A DNA stretch of 32,150 bases from Acidimicrobiia bacterium (lineage in GTDB: Bacteria > Actinomycetota > Acidimicrobiia > Spongiisociales > SHLN01), in contig JBFKDW010000029.1 of the NCBI GenBank assembly GCA_041619515.1, forward strand, positions 1 through 32,150, given 5' to 3'. The position numbers were made by a program, and so were the translations under genes. The notes under the pieces were generated by a model. The model worked only from the letters and a program-made list of their open reading frames with translations, searched no databases and was not told where the DNA came from. Positions 1-10,709 of this stretch are shown here, in pieces (positions within the stretch are counted from its first letter, which is position 1; each line of letters starts with the position of its first letter).

Positions 1-1069
1 CAGACGCCGCCGGCGGTGGTGGTGTCGCCACCGTCGTCGACGTAGTGCTCGTCGTCGTAACCACTGCAGTCGTCGTCGTCGTCGTCGTGGACGGCGCCAC
101 CGTCGTCGACGTCGTCGAAGACGGCACCGTCGAAGACGTCGTCGGAGGCGCCACCGACGTAGTCGTCGTCGTTGCCGGACGGGCAGTGGTCGACGTCGTT
201 GAGGTCGGAGTGCCAGCGGTGGTCGAGGTGGTCGTGGACGAATCCGGTGGATCGAACCTGAGCGAGGCGACCGGTTCGCCGACAATCGAGGCGGACACCG
301 GGCTCCAACCCGAGAGCCCGAAGGGGGTTTCGCGAACGGGAGCCAGGAAGTAGTTGGCTTCGGCGATGAACACGATCCCGTCTCGGGGCCGGAACGCTGC
401 AACCGTGTCGGTCCCGTCGGCGTTCCAGTCACCCAGGAAGACTTGATCGCCGTACACGCCGTAGGGGAACTCGCTGTGGGCGATGCCGGTGCTCAATTCG
501 TTGCGGAGATACACCGAAGCGGTGGAAGGTCGGTACACCCCGACGCCGTCTACACCATCGCCGTCGAAATCTCCGGCGATCGGCCGGTCGGTGGGCACCC
601 CGAAGAAGAACCGGTAGTCGGCATCGTGGGCGAGGAGGCGGTTGGACACGTAGAACTGGCTCTCGGATGGTCGGTAGATGGCGATCGTGTCGCAGCCGTC
701 GCCGTTCCAGTCGCCCGCCAGCGCGGAATCTCCCGGAACCCCGATGTACCACTCCACATCCGGTTCGCCGGAGGAATTGTCGTTGCGGAAGGACGCCCGC
801 CCCGACGTGGGGTCGTAGACGCCGATCGTGTCCAATCCATCGCAATCCCAGTCGCCGAGCAGAGGGGTGTCGCCCGGCTCGCCAAACGACACGGTGTGCA
901 CGGAGTCCTTGTCATAGCGGAGGTGCCATTCGGCCGTGGCGGCATTGAACATCGCAATCGGGGAGTGGTCCGGGGTCGGGCTGGCCGACGCTCCCGGAAT
1001 CAGCAGGGCAGTGAGGGCTACTGCCAGAGCGGTGATCACCCACCGTGGTTCGCTGTGTGCCGCAACCAT
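1..1069 (-). CDS. Secreted protein with four FG-GAP-like GD(W/F)xxDG repeats and a long Thr/Ser/Pro-rich linker; 3' end runs off the window
   Basis: Not in the ORF track (no stop inside the window); translated by hand. ATG 1069 follows GAGGAG. Signal-like MVAAHSEPRWVITALAVALTALLIPGASA, then GDWDCDGLDT, GDWNGDGCDT, GDFDGDGVDG, GDWNADGTDT, then STTTSTT...TTTTTTTAVVTTTSTT. The frame is open to position 2. Confidence 0.9.
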   Translation of the reverse strand, partial: MVAAHSEPRWVITALAVALTALLIPGASASPTPDHSPIAMFNAATAEWHLRYDKDSVHTVSFGEPGDTPLLGDWDCDGLDTIGVYDPTSGRASFRNDNSSGEPDVEWYIGVPGDSALAGDWNGDGCDTIAIYRPSESQFYVSNRLLAHDADYRFFFGVPTDRPIAGDFDGDGVDGVGVYRPSTASVYLRNELSTGIAHSEFPYGVYGDQVFLGDWNADGTDTVAAFRPRDGIVFIAEANYFLAPVRETPFGLSGWSPVSASIVGEPVASLRFDPPDSSTTTSTTAGTPTSTTSTTARPATTTTTSVAPPTTSSTVPSSTTSTTVAPSTTTTTTTAVVTTTSTTSTTVATPPPPAAS

Positions 1070-1111
1070 CTTCAATCATCTCCTCACAGCGATCCAGTGC
1101 CGCCGAGGGAA

Positions 1112-1139
1112 TGATCGTCACACAGAGTGGTTTTCTTGA
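1112..1139 (-). promoter_or_regulatory. Putative sigma28 (WhiG/FliA)-like promoter TCAAG-N15-GACGATCA
   Basis: Minus strand TCAAG at 1139-1135, 15-nt spacer, GACGATCA at 1119-1112, upstream of the SD and ATG 1069. Similar motifs precede four other genes in the window. Confidence 0.4.
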
Positions 1140-1219
1140 ACCGAGATGGCCTCTATAAGTGGTCTAGCTGCGTGGTCTACCTGATTTGCCCCGGTCCGTC
1201 TCAGAGGGTTGCGCAGCGC

Positions 1220-1846
1220 TCAGCTGCCGTGAGCCTCGTCAGTGCCGAGAAACTCGGGCATCGTCGCATGGTCTCCTGATCCGATCCCGCGCCTCGTCAC
1301 GACCTCCCGCACCGTCATCAGCAGGATCTTCACATCGAGCAGCGGGCCCCAGTTGTCGACGTACCAGACGTCGTGGGCGAACTTCTCGGGCCAGGTGAGG
1401 GCGTTGCGGCCATTGACCTGTGCCCATCCGGTGATGCCGGGCTTGCACTCATGGCGCCGCCACTCGGTGGGGTTGTAGCGGTCACGGTATGCCACGGGAA
1501 GCGGTCGTGGGCCCACCAGGCTCATATCCCCCCGCAAGACGTCGAGCAGCTCGGGGAGCTCGTCCAGGCTCAGGGCTCGCAGCATGCGCCCGAGCCTCGT
1601 GAGCCGCTGCTCGTCGGGAAGGAGGTTCCCGTTGCGGTCGCGGCCGTCGGTCATCGTGCGGAACTTGGTGATCCGAAACACCTCGCCATTGAGCCCGATG
1701 CGCTCCTGTCTGAACAGCACAGGAGAGCCGAGACTCACCCGAACGATCAGCGCCAGGATCGCCAGCACCGGCAAGAGGGCCACGCCGACGACGGCGCTGA
1801 GGACTACGTCCATCGAGCGTTTGATCAGTTGCTTGGATGAACCCAT
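1220..1846 (-). CDS. pglC: Small monotopic phosphoglycosyl transferase (Bac_transf), PglC/EpsL-like, 208 aa
   Basis: KRSMD, single hydrophobic helix, QERIG..GEVF, KFRTM, D..RLT, SLDELPE, GDMSLVGPRP, PGITGWAQVNGRN, DVWYVDNW...DVKIL. Confidence 0.92.
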   Translation of the reverse strand: MGSSKQLIKRSMDVVLSAVVGVALLPVLAILALIVRVSLGSPVLFRQERIGLNGEVFRITKFRTMTDGRDRNGNLLPDEQRLTRLGRMLRALSLDELPELLDVLRGDMSLVGPRPLPVAYRDRYNPTEWRRHECKPGITGWAQVNGRNALTWPEKFAHDVWYVDNWGPLLDVKILLMTVREVVTRRGIGSGDHATMPEFLGTDEAHGS

Positions 1847-1923
1847 GGCCTTCCGTACCCGTGGCTACAGTTGTGGATCGCCTCCGCGAACATCCGCCCA
1901 CCCTCACCGCGAGGATTCAGACC

Positions 1924-3062
<1,139 letters not shown>

Positions 3063-3066
<4 letters not shown>

Positions 3067-5471
3067 GCGTCTCGCACCACGTCCGCCAGCGCCGCTTCCA
3101 GCCGGGCGCGAATGAATTCGGGCGCTCCGTCCACCGGGAGTTGGCGCACCAGCGCCGGGTCGGCGCCCGGCACCCCGTAGCGGTTGAGCAGCCCGTGGGG
3201 CCGGTCGATCAATTCCTCGCTCTCGCCCGCCAGCACTTCGTGGAGCTTCTCGCCGGGCCGCAACCCGGTGAAGACGATGTTGGGAGGTTGCCCGGGTCGG
3301 AGTTGTTGCTGGAGTCTCTCGGCCAGCTCGACGATGCGCACCGGATCACCCATCTCCAACACGAACACGTCGCCCCGCCCACCCAGCGCACCTGCCTGAA
3401 CCACGAGCTGGCAGGCTTCCTCGATCGTCATGAAGTAGCGGCTGACCTCCGGGTGGGTCACGGTTATCGGCTCGTTATTGAGAATCTGCTCTCGGAACGT
3501 TGGGATCACCGAACCGTTCGAACCGAGCACATTGCCGAAACGTACCGACATGCACGCGGTCGGCCCTTGCTGGGCGCAGTGCGCGGTCAGCATCTCGCTG
3601 AGTCGCTTCGTCAGCCCGAGCACGTTGATCGGCTCGGCCGCCTTGTCGGTCGACACGTTGACCACCCGGTCGGCTCCAACCGATAGTGCCGCCTCCAGCA
3701 CGTTCAGCGTGCCGATGACGTTGGTTTTGACGGCTTCGCCGGGATGCGATTCCAGGAAGGTGACGTGCTTGCGGGCGGCGGCGTGGAACACGACTTCCGG
3801 CTTGGCCTCCTCGAAGGCAGCCTGCAGGGCGCGGGCGTCGCGAATGTCACACAGGATGAGCTCGTCGGAGTCGAGCAGGGCTCTTCCTTCGAGGGCGAGC
3901 TGCAGCCCGTGCAAGGCGTTCTCGTCGATGTCCAGCTTGAACAACTTCTTGGGGTCGAACTGCTCGATGATGCGGCACAGCACCGATCCGATCGAGCCGC
4001 CTGCGCCCGTCACCAGGACCCGTTTCCCGGTCAGGTAGCCGGCGATGCCGTCGAGGTCGAGGCTCAACTCCTCCCGCGGCAGAAAGTCGGCCAGCGTCAG
4101 ATCCCGAATGTCCGAAGCGGCCACGTCGGTTTCCGCCAGTGCATACTCCGACAGTCGGGGCAGGATGCGCACCTTCAGGTTGGCCCGGTGGCCGATCTCT
4201 GCGATGTCGCGGACGACGGTTCCGGTCGCAGACGGCATCGCGATGAGCAGCACGTCGGCGTTGTAGCGGAACGTGGCAGGGCCGATCGACTCCCGGCCTC
4301 CTACCACCGGCAGCCCGAGCGGGCGGCTTCCATGTTTGGCGTGGTCGTCATCCAAGAAGGCGACGGGGACGGAGTTGGCCTCGGGGTTGCCCCACACCGC
4401 GGCGGCGGCTTTGAGCCCGGCGTCGCCCGCTCCGAACACCAGCAGCCGGTGGGGGCGTTTGTGGGGGGATCGTCCGCTCATCGCGTAGACGGCCCGGGCG
4501 AAGTAGCGGGCACCCAGGGCGGCGATCAGGAAGAATCCGCTCCCTGCCAGGGCGGCGCCGATCGGTAAGGGATCGGCACCCGGGAGCAGTGTTTCGGCCA
4601 ACAGCACCGAGAACACGGCCAGCGTCCCGGTCATGAGCCAGCCCACCTCCTCGTTGGACACGAGCTGCCACCGGCCGCGATAGAGGCCGACCCGGAACCC
4701 CCACAGCAGCTGGACTGCCACCGCGGTCGCGATTCCTACCAGCAGGCCGAACTTGTCAACCTGCGACCATACGAAGTTCTGATGGGCCAACGCCGCAACC
4801 GGAAGGGCCAGTGTCCAGATGACCTGGTCGGTGACTACCAGCCTGATGTGCGGGAATCGCGCCGGCAGCCGGCTGCGCGGTGGACGCGGTTCGTTTGGCT
4901 GTTGTTCCCGCCGCCGGAGTATCACCACGAGTGTCTTGGCAAGGATGCGCAGGTCTGTGCTGAGCGAGAGCTGGTCGATGTATTGGATGTCGTAGTGCAT
5001 GTTGTGCACAAGCTCGCGACCGTCGCCTCGGGCATCGGTCTGCCACAGGCCGGTGATACCGGGGCGAACCAGATGCCGCCGCCGCTGCCACGACTCGAGG
5101 CCGGCGAGCACCTCGGCATCCACCGGGCGGGGGCCGACGAGGCTCATGTGGCCGGAAACCACGTTCCACAGCTGGGGGAGCTCGTCGAGGCTCAAACGCT
5201 GCAACAACCGGCCGAAGCGCCCGGCCCTCCCCGGTAGCTCTGTCCTGAGCCGATACAGCGTGAAGGGCCGCTCGTTGAGCCCGACGCGCGGCTCCCCAAC
5301 CACGGGGCGAGCCCGGAGCACCAGAACCACTGCTGCCATCAGGGAGAGAAGGAGGGGGGCGGTTGCGAGCGCCGCTCCGAGCCCGACTATTCGATCGAGC
5401 AGCGGCTTCCCGAGGCGCGGGTAGATGCCGCCCGGTCCGCCGAGTGAAACGGTCTCGGAGTCCCTGTTCAC
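3063..5471 (-). CDS. Fusion: divergent monotopic PGT + 4-TM/CoA-binding-like region + PglF/CapD-type UDP-GlcNAc 4,6-dehydratase (Polysacc_synt_2), 802 aa
   Basis: N-terminal SLDELPQLWNVVSGHMSLVGPRP and PGITGLWQ; central hydrophobic helices, GLYRGRW, VFGAGDAG, FLDDD; C-terminal VLVTGAGGSIGS, HAAARKHV, STDKA, VRFGNVLGSNGSVIP, RYFMTIEEA, GLRPGEKLHE. The GTG start overlaps the upstream TGA (GTGA, 5468-5471). Confidence 0.92.
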
Positions 5472-8191
5472 AATCGTTCAGCCCGGCCGGGGGGAGTCAC
5501 GCCCCGGGTATCCAGTACCAGGGCGGCGGCGGCGCAGATGTTCTCCACATCGAAGCTGCTGTGGGGCGTGTGGATGACCACGAGGTCGGCGTTTGTCGCA
5601 GCCCCCAGCGGGTCCAGCACCCGCTCGAGCGGTTGACCGTCGACTACGAACTCCGGGACGAGCGGATCGGCGTACACCGGGCGCACGCCGGCCCGCCGCA
5701 AGGCCCGCACCAGTGCCGTAGCCGGGGTCTCCCGGACATCTCCGACGTTGGGCTTGTACGCAACGCCGAGCACGAGAACGGTCGATTCCGACAGTTTCTT
5801 GCCGTCGGACGTCAGCATGGCGGTTGCCCGCCGTGCCACGTAGTCCGGCATGTAGTCGTTGATCTTCTGGGCGAGCTCGATCATTTGGAATTGCGAACCG
5901 AGCTGGCGAACCCGGTACGAGAGGTAGTTGGGGTCGATCGGAATGCAGTGGCCGCCGACCCCCGGTCCCGGGTAAAAGGCTTGGAAGCCGAACGGCTTGG
6001 TGGCGGCCCCGCGAATCGTTTCCCAAATGTCGACCTCCAGCATGTCGCAGAAGATCGCCAGCTCGTTCACCAAGGCGATGTTGACATGCCGATAGGTGTT
6101 CTCGAGCAGCTTGGCCATCTCCGCCTCCCGGGTGCCGGAGAGCACGACGACCGGGGCAAACTTTCGATAGAACTGAGCGGCCCGCTCGGCGGAAGCATCG
6201 TCGAGGCCGCCCACCAGCTTCGGTGTGTTGTGCACTCCCCAGTCGGCGTTGCCGGGATCGATGCGCTCGGGCGAATAGGCGAGATAGAAGTCGATTCCGG
6301 CTGTGAGGCCGGAGCGCTTCTCCAGCACGGGACGCACGACCTCGTCGGTCGTGCCCGGATAGGTGGTGGATTCGAGAACGACGGTCTGGCCCGGGCTCAA
6401 GTGGTCGCCGATTGCCTCAGCGGCGCCCAGCACTGCATTGAGGTCCGGCAGCCCGTCGCGCAGCGGGGTGGGGACGCTAATGGTCACCACGTCCGCCTCG
6501 GCGAGAACCGACGCGTCCGAGGTCGGGGTGAACCCGCTCGAGAGCACGGCGGCCAGCTCCTCGTCGGTGACATCCTCGACATAGCTGGTCCCGGCGAGAA
6601 GCGATGCGATCTTGTCGGGGTCGATGTCGAGCCCGGCCACCCGCAGCCCGGCGTTGCTCGCCCCGACGGCAGCGGTGAGCCCGACGTAGCCGAGGCCGAC
6701 CACCGCCAGATCGAATTCTCGACCGACGGGTGGAGCGGGGCGGGCGGCCGTCTCTCGTTTGTCGAGCTCGTATCGGTACTCGGGGACCGGGGTGGGAGCC
6801 GAGCGGGCGTGTTCCACCAGCAGGCCGGACAGGGACTGGGTAAGGGGTGGGAGCACCTCGACGTGCAGGCCGGCCTCATCCGCCAGTGCGGTGATGCGCG
6901 CGATCTCCCCTGACGGGGCCGACGGCATCGCCACGAGCAGCGAGTCGGCGTCATAGCGCCAGGCCGCCGAGGCGATCGCCGCCCTGGTTCCCACCACCGG
7001 GAGGCCGAGGCGGCGGCTGCCCGTCAATCTCCGGTCATCATCGAGGAACGCCACCGGCTCGGCCGTCGCCGTGGGGTCCTGCAAGAGAGCTTCGACCGTC
7101 TCGATCCCGGCCCGACCGGCACCGAACACGATCAACCGTCGGGCCCGCTGATGAGTCGATCGGTGCTGGCGGGTGTAGGAGGCCCTCGCCACGTACCGGG
7201 CGGCAAACGCGCCGACGACGAAGAATGCTCCGGCTCCCGCCATGGCACCACGCGGCACGAGCGACACGATGAGGGTGGAGGTCAGCACGAGGCCGAGGGT
7301 CGTTAGAGCTGCTCCGCTCGCCAGCCAGCCGGCTTCCTCGAACGAGCCGAGTCGCCAGCGCCCCCGGTAGAGGCCTACCCCGTATCCCCAGGCCAGCTGA
7401 GCGGCCATCGCTGCCAACCAGACCGCAACCATCCGCACCCAATTGACGCTGCCGAATGAGAAGTCGAACCGGGCGTAGACCGACGCCGTGATGGCGATCG
7501 GCCACAGCAGGAGGTCGCTGGCGATGAGGCGAAAGTGGTTGATGTGAACCCATCTGCGGCGGCGCCCGGCCGGCTCGAGATGGCGACCTTCGCGGCGCAG
7601 CGCCCACACGCCCAGCGTGACGGCGAGGATCCGGAGGTCGGTGATCAGTGACAGCTGATCGATGTATTGGATGTCGTAGTGGAGGTTGTCCGACAGGCGC
7701 CGGCCGTCACCCCGGGCTTCGGCCTGCCACAGGCCGGTCAAGCCCGGCTTCACCTCGTGGCGCCGGAGCTGCCAATCCTGCAGCGACGCAGCAGCGGCCG
7801 GGTCGATGGGACGGGGCCCGACCAGGCTCATCTGGCCGAGAACGATGTTCCACAGTTGGGGCAGCTCATCGAGGCTCCAGCGCCGAAGGAAGCTCGCCAC
7901 CTGGCGCCGCCGGCCGCGCAGATCACCGGTGCGACCGGTGCGGATCCGATACAGGTTGAACGGGGCTCCACCCTTGCCGATACGGCGCTCACGTTCGATG
8001 CCGAAACCGCCGAACATGAACCCGGAGACCATCATCATGACGAGAACGAACGGGAGCGTGATGACGCTCGCCACCAGGCCTACTGTGAGGTCGAAGAGCG
8101 GCTTGACGAGCTGTTCGTATGGACCGGCGCGCCGGACAGCCTCGCCACGCCGGGCGGTTGGCGGGACGCCGATTCTGGGCACCTTGCTCAT
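5468..8191 (-). CDS. Fusion: divergent monotopic PGT + 4-TM/CoA-binding-like region + nucleotide-sugar 6-dehydrogenase (WbpA/TviB/WecC-like), 907 aa
   Basis: SLDELPQLWNIVLGQMSLVGPRP, PGLTGLWQ, GLYRGRW, VFGAGRAG, FLDDD; then VVGLGYVG, SVPTP, ESTTYPGTT, SPERIDPGN, AEMAKLLENTYRHVNIA, catalytic-Cys motif PGPGVGGHCIPIDP, GVAYKPNVGDVRETP. Confidence 0.92.
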   Translation of the reverse strand: MSKVPRIGVPPTARRGEAVRRAGPYEQLVKPLFDLTVGLVASVITLPFVLVMMMVSGFMFGGFGIERERRIGKGGAPFNLYRIRTGRTGDLRGRRRQVASFLRRWSLDELPQLWNIVLGQMSLVGPRPIDPAAAASLQDWQLRRHEVKPGLTGLWQAEARGDGRRLSDNLHYDIQYIDQLSLITDLRILAVTLGVWALRREGRHLEPAGRRRRWVHINHFRLIASDLLLWPIAITASVYARFDFSFGSVNWVRMVAVWLAAMAAQLAWGYGVGLYRGRWRLGSFEEAGWLASGAALTTLGLVLTSTLIVSLVPRGAMAGAGAFFVVGAFAARYVARASYTRQHRSTHQRARRLIVFGAGRAGIETVEALLQDPTATAEPVAFLDDDRRLTGSRRLGLPVVGTRAAIASAAWRYDADSLLVAMPSAPSGEIARITALADEAGLHVEVLPPLTQSLSGLLVEHARSAPTPVPEYRYELDKRETAARPAPPVGREFDLAVVGLGYVGLTAAVGASNAGLRVAGLDIDPDKIASLLAGTSYVEDVTDEELAAVLSSGFTPTSDASVLAEADVVTISVPTPLRDGLPDLNAVLGAAEAIGDHLSPGQTVVLESTTYPGTTDEVVRPVLEKRSGLTAGIDFYLAYSPERIDPGNADWGVHNTPKLVGGLDDASAERAAQFYRKFAPVVVLSGTREAEMAKLLENTYRHVNIALVNELAIFCDMLEVDIWETIRGAATKPFGFQAFYPGPGVGGHCIPIDPNYLSYRVRQLGSQFQMIELAQKINDYMPDYVARRATAMLTSDGKKLSESTVLVLGVAYKPNVGDVRETPATALVRALRRAGVRPVYADPLVPEFVVDGQPLERVLDPLGAATNADLVVIHTPHSSFDVENICAAAALVLDTRGVTPPGRAERL

Positions 8192-8205
8192 GACTAAAAA
8201 CCCCT

Positions 8206-8236
8206 CGTGCGGGTGTAGCAGCTACCGTCCCGCACG
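8206..8236. promoter_or_regulatory. Imperfect inverted repeat in the 5' leader of the fused-PGT operon
   Basis: CGTGCGGG-T-GTAGC-A-GCTAC-CGT-CCCGCACG. On the minus strand it lies downstream of a TACTCT -10 candidate (8262-8257) and is followed by AGGGGTTTTTAGTC-ATG. Confidence 0.5.
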
Positions 8237-8377
8237 CTCCGTGTTCGCTGTGGATCAGAGTACAGCGGCCGGACGAGTCTCGCGTCCCACACTGTCACGG
8301 ATGTGAGCTCGCTCCCGGGCGATCGCCGGCCCGGAAGAAACCCGATTTCTGAATCCCGAGTTGAATGTCGGAGACCC

Positions 8378-9622
8378 ATGGATCCCTCTCAATCGATCTC
8401 CCGCTGGCCTTCGTGGGCCCTGCCCGCCCTGACGGCCGTCTGGATGGGGTCTTTTGTCTATCTCGGGCTGGCCTCGCGCCTCCCCGACATCCCGGGCCTC
8501 ACCGGTCGCGGTGAATCGGTGGCTTCGTTCGGGCATTTCACGACCACGCTGGTTTTGGCGGTCCTCGTCTACGGCTTGATCCGGTCGCGCGGTCTCGATC
8601 GGCCGACCCTCGGTATTGCCATCTCGTCGGTGGTGGCCGCCACTCTGGCGGGTGGCATCGTCGAGGTGTTGCAGTCGTTTTCTCGGACCCGGAGCCCGCA
8701 GCTGGCGGACCTCTGGTTCGACGGGTTGGGGGCGGTGGTGGGCGTGGGGCTGATGGGGGTCATAGATGCTCGGCCATCGCTCCGGCCGAAGCTGGTGGAG
8801 GGGGCCCACGTTCTGGGAGCGGTGGCCGTTTCTCTGACGATCGCAGCCTTCTTCATATGGCCACCGATCACCCCCGAGGAAGTCGCTGCCTACTGCCCGG
8901 CCGGCGTCGAAGAGCGCCGGGTACCGCGAGTGGAGGTGGAGGCTGGGATCGGCTCGCGTGTGAGCGATGGCCTGCTGGCCCTGTACAGCTTTGAGGACTC
9001 GAGCGACGACGTGTCCGGGGTGGCTCCCGCTCTGAACCTCGTCCTCGAAGGTGGAGCCGCGCTCAGGAACGGGGAGCTTCGCATCACGGGCGTCGACGGT
9101 GTTGCCCGCAGCGCGCGTGCGGCCACCAAGGTGGATGATGCGGTGAAGGTGACTGATTCATTCACGGTCGAGGCATGGGTACGGCCGCGTGATCTGCTCC
9201 AGCGGGGCCCGGCCCGAATTGTCACGGCCTCGGGTAGCACCAGCCTGAGCGACGTCAACTTCCATCTCGGGCAGGAGCGAACCTGCCTCAGCTTTCGGGT
9301 AGCCGCAGGCGGCGGGGCCGCAGAGTGGCTCTTGATCGAGGGGGTGTTCTCTGCTCCACAGCCCGCCTGGCACATCGCAGTGACCTATGAGCGGGGCTCG
9401 ATCGGGGTGTTTGCCGAGGGAGCGCACGTCGAGAGCCGGGTAGTGGAGCCCGGGCCCCTCGACTCGTGGGCTCCCGACTTTCCTCTCTACGTCGGCAACG
9501 AAGCGACTCTCAACCGTCCCTTCAGGGGTGACATTCTGCTGGTTGCCATCTACGGCCGGGCCCTGACTGCCACCGAGATCGCCAGCAACTACGCGGCGGG
9601 AGCCTTGACGAGCCCGCCATGA
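8378..9622 (+). CDS. VanZ-like membrane domain fused to a C-terminal LamG/ConA-like jelly-roll domain, 414 aa
   Basis: About 5 hydrophobic helices with a VanZ-like pattern (GHF..., IVEVLQSF...R..QLADLWFDGLG). LamG motifs LLALYSFED, FTVEAWVRP, WHIAVTY, LYVGN, FRGDI..VAIYGRALTATEI. ATG 8378 follows GGAG. Confidence 0.82.
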   Translation: MDPSQSISRWPSWALPALTAVWMGSFVYLGLASRLPDIPGLTGRGESVASFGHFTTTLVLAVLVYGLIRSRGLDRPTLGIAISSVVAATLAGGIVEVLQSFSRTRSPQLADLWFDGLGAVVGVGLMGVIDARPSLRPKLVEGAHVLGAVAVSLTIAAFFIWPPITPEEVAAYCPAGVEERRVPRVEVEAGIGSRVSDGLLALYSFEDSSDDVSGVAPALNLVLEGGAALRNGELRITGVDGVARSARAATKVDDAVKVTDSFTVEAWVRPRDLLQRGPARIVTASGSTSLSDVNFHLGQERTCLSFRVAAGGGAAEWLLIEGVFSAPQPAWHIAVTYERGSIGVFAEGAHVESRVVEPGPLDSWAPDFPLYVGNEATLNRPFRGDILLVAIYGRALTATEIASNYAAGALTSPP

Positions 9623-9655
9623 GGGACCCAACGGCACGGTCGCCGGCGACGCCGG

Positions 9656-10639
9656 CTAGCGCTCGAGCGCCCACCTGCCGTCGTGTTGCCACCGTTGGCC
9701 GGAGCGGTGGAGCCGACCCCTCCAAGTCCACGGCCGGAGCCTGCGCCGAAAGCGGCGGGCCGCCCAGAGCATGATCACCGCCGGCCGGGACCACCCGGGG
9801 AACCAGTCCTGGCGCACCCGGGTCAACGTGACCTCGTACGCGTCGCCGTCTGGTTCCATAGCCCAATGGCCGGCCGTGACCGTCCCCACGGGCGCGGTGA
9901 TCGAGAAGCTTCCGTTGCCGGCAGCCGGGGGGCCCGGCCGGGCCGGCGGTGGGTCCGGTTCCAGGCTCACTTCCAACCAGCTTCGGTCGTTGCCGACCCG
10001 GAGGCTCGCACCGCCGGAGCCGTTGCAGCCGGCCATGACGATTCCCGACGCCGCCCGGGCCGACCAATGGCTGGCGAGCCGGTTGGGCATGAGGAATGGC
10101 CGGGGGGCCATCATGCGGCCCCCGATCTCCACGTTGACTACCGACGTGCGTCTCGGGAGCAGCCGGAAGCTGTCGGTGTAGAGCAGCCGCAGCGCCGGCG
10201 ATTCCAGCTGGGGGGTGGCAGGGACGAACATGGGCCGGGCGGGGATACGGGCCCGGTGGTGCACCCCGAGGCGGACCGGTCGCCCCTCCCGCTCGGTGAA
10301 CGACACATCGACCTGGACGCGGCGGGCGTCGACGCTGAAGTCGAGGAGGTCGAGATCCGTTGCAAACAGGCCCCCCAGCGGGATATGTGAAAACCCGGGG
10401 TCGGATCGGAACCACTTCTCGGTCAGACCCAGGTGGGGTTCGAAGTAGACGTCCACCTCCCCCGACCATTGCTGCAGCTTGACCAGAAGGCCGGAACTGC
10501 GATCCGTGTCCGGGCCGCCGATCGCGAGCATCTGCACCTCGACGGAGTCGAACGGCGCCCCGGTTGCCAACGGCACCTCGACGAATGCCTGCAAGGGTGC
10601 GCGGGTCAGGCCGACGGGGAACGCATCGGCTGGGTGCAT
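9656..10639 (-). CDS. Hypothetical protein, 327 aa
   Basis: Fills the gap between neighbours, has GC-rich third codon positions and GGAG 5 nt before the ATG. No motif recognised. Confidence 0.72.
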   Translation of the reverse strand: MHPADAFPVGLTRAPLQAFVEVPLATGAPFDSVEVQMLAIGGPDTDRSSGLLVKLQQWSGEVDVYFEPHLGLTEKWFRSDPGFSHIPLGGLFATDLDLLDFSVDARRVQVDVSFTEREGRPVRLGVHHRARIPARPMFVPATPQLESPALRLLYTDSFRLLPRRTSVVNVEIGGRMMAPRPFLMPNRLASHWSARAASGIVMAGCNGSGGASLRVGNDRSWLEVSLEPDPPPARPGPPAAGNGSFSITAPVGTVTAGHWAMEPDGDAYEVTLTRVRQDWFPGWSRPAVIMLWAARRFRRRLRPWTWRGRLHRSGQRWQHDGRWALER

Positions 10640-10709
10640 CGGATCTCCGGGGATGAACGAAGGAGCGGATGCTAAACGAGAATCCTCCGCCGGGCCGCTC
10701 CGACTCGCG

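Noticed and set aside
45..353. Val-rich plus-strand ORF
   Set aside because: It is the antisense reading of the Thr-rich stalk of the minus-strand gene.
1108..1132. GGAAT-N17-GTT resembling a SigR/SigH promoter
   Set aside because: The spacer is one short of the usual N18 and it points at no sense-strand gene.
8194..8379. 61-aa ORF ending just before the fused-PGT start (possible leader peptide)
   Set aside because: It begins on top of the divergent gene's start codon, upstream of the likely -10, and has no supporting features.
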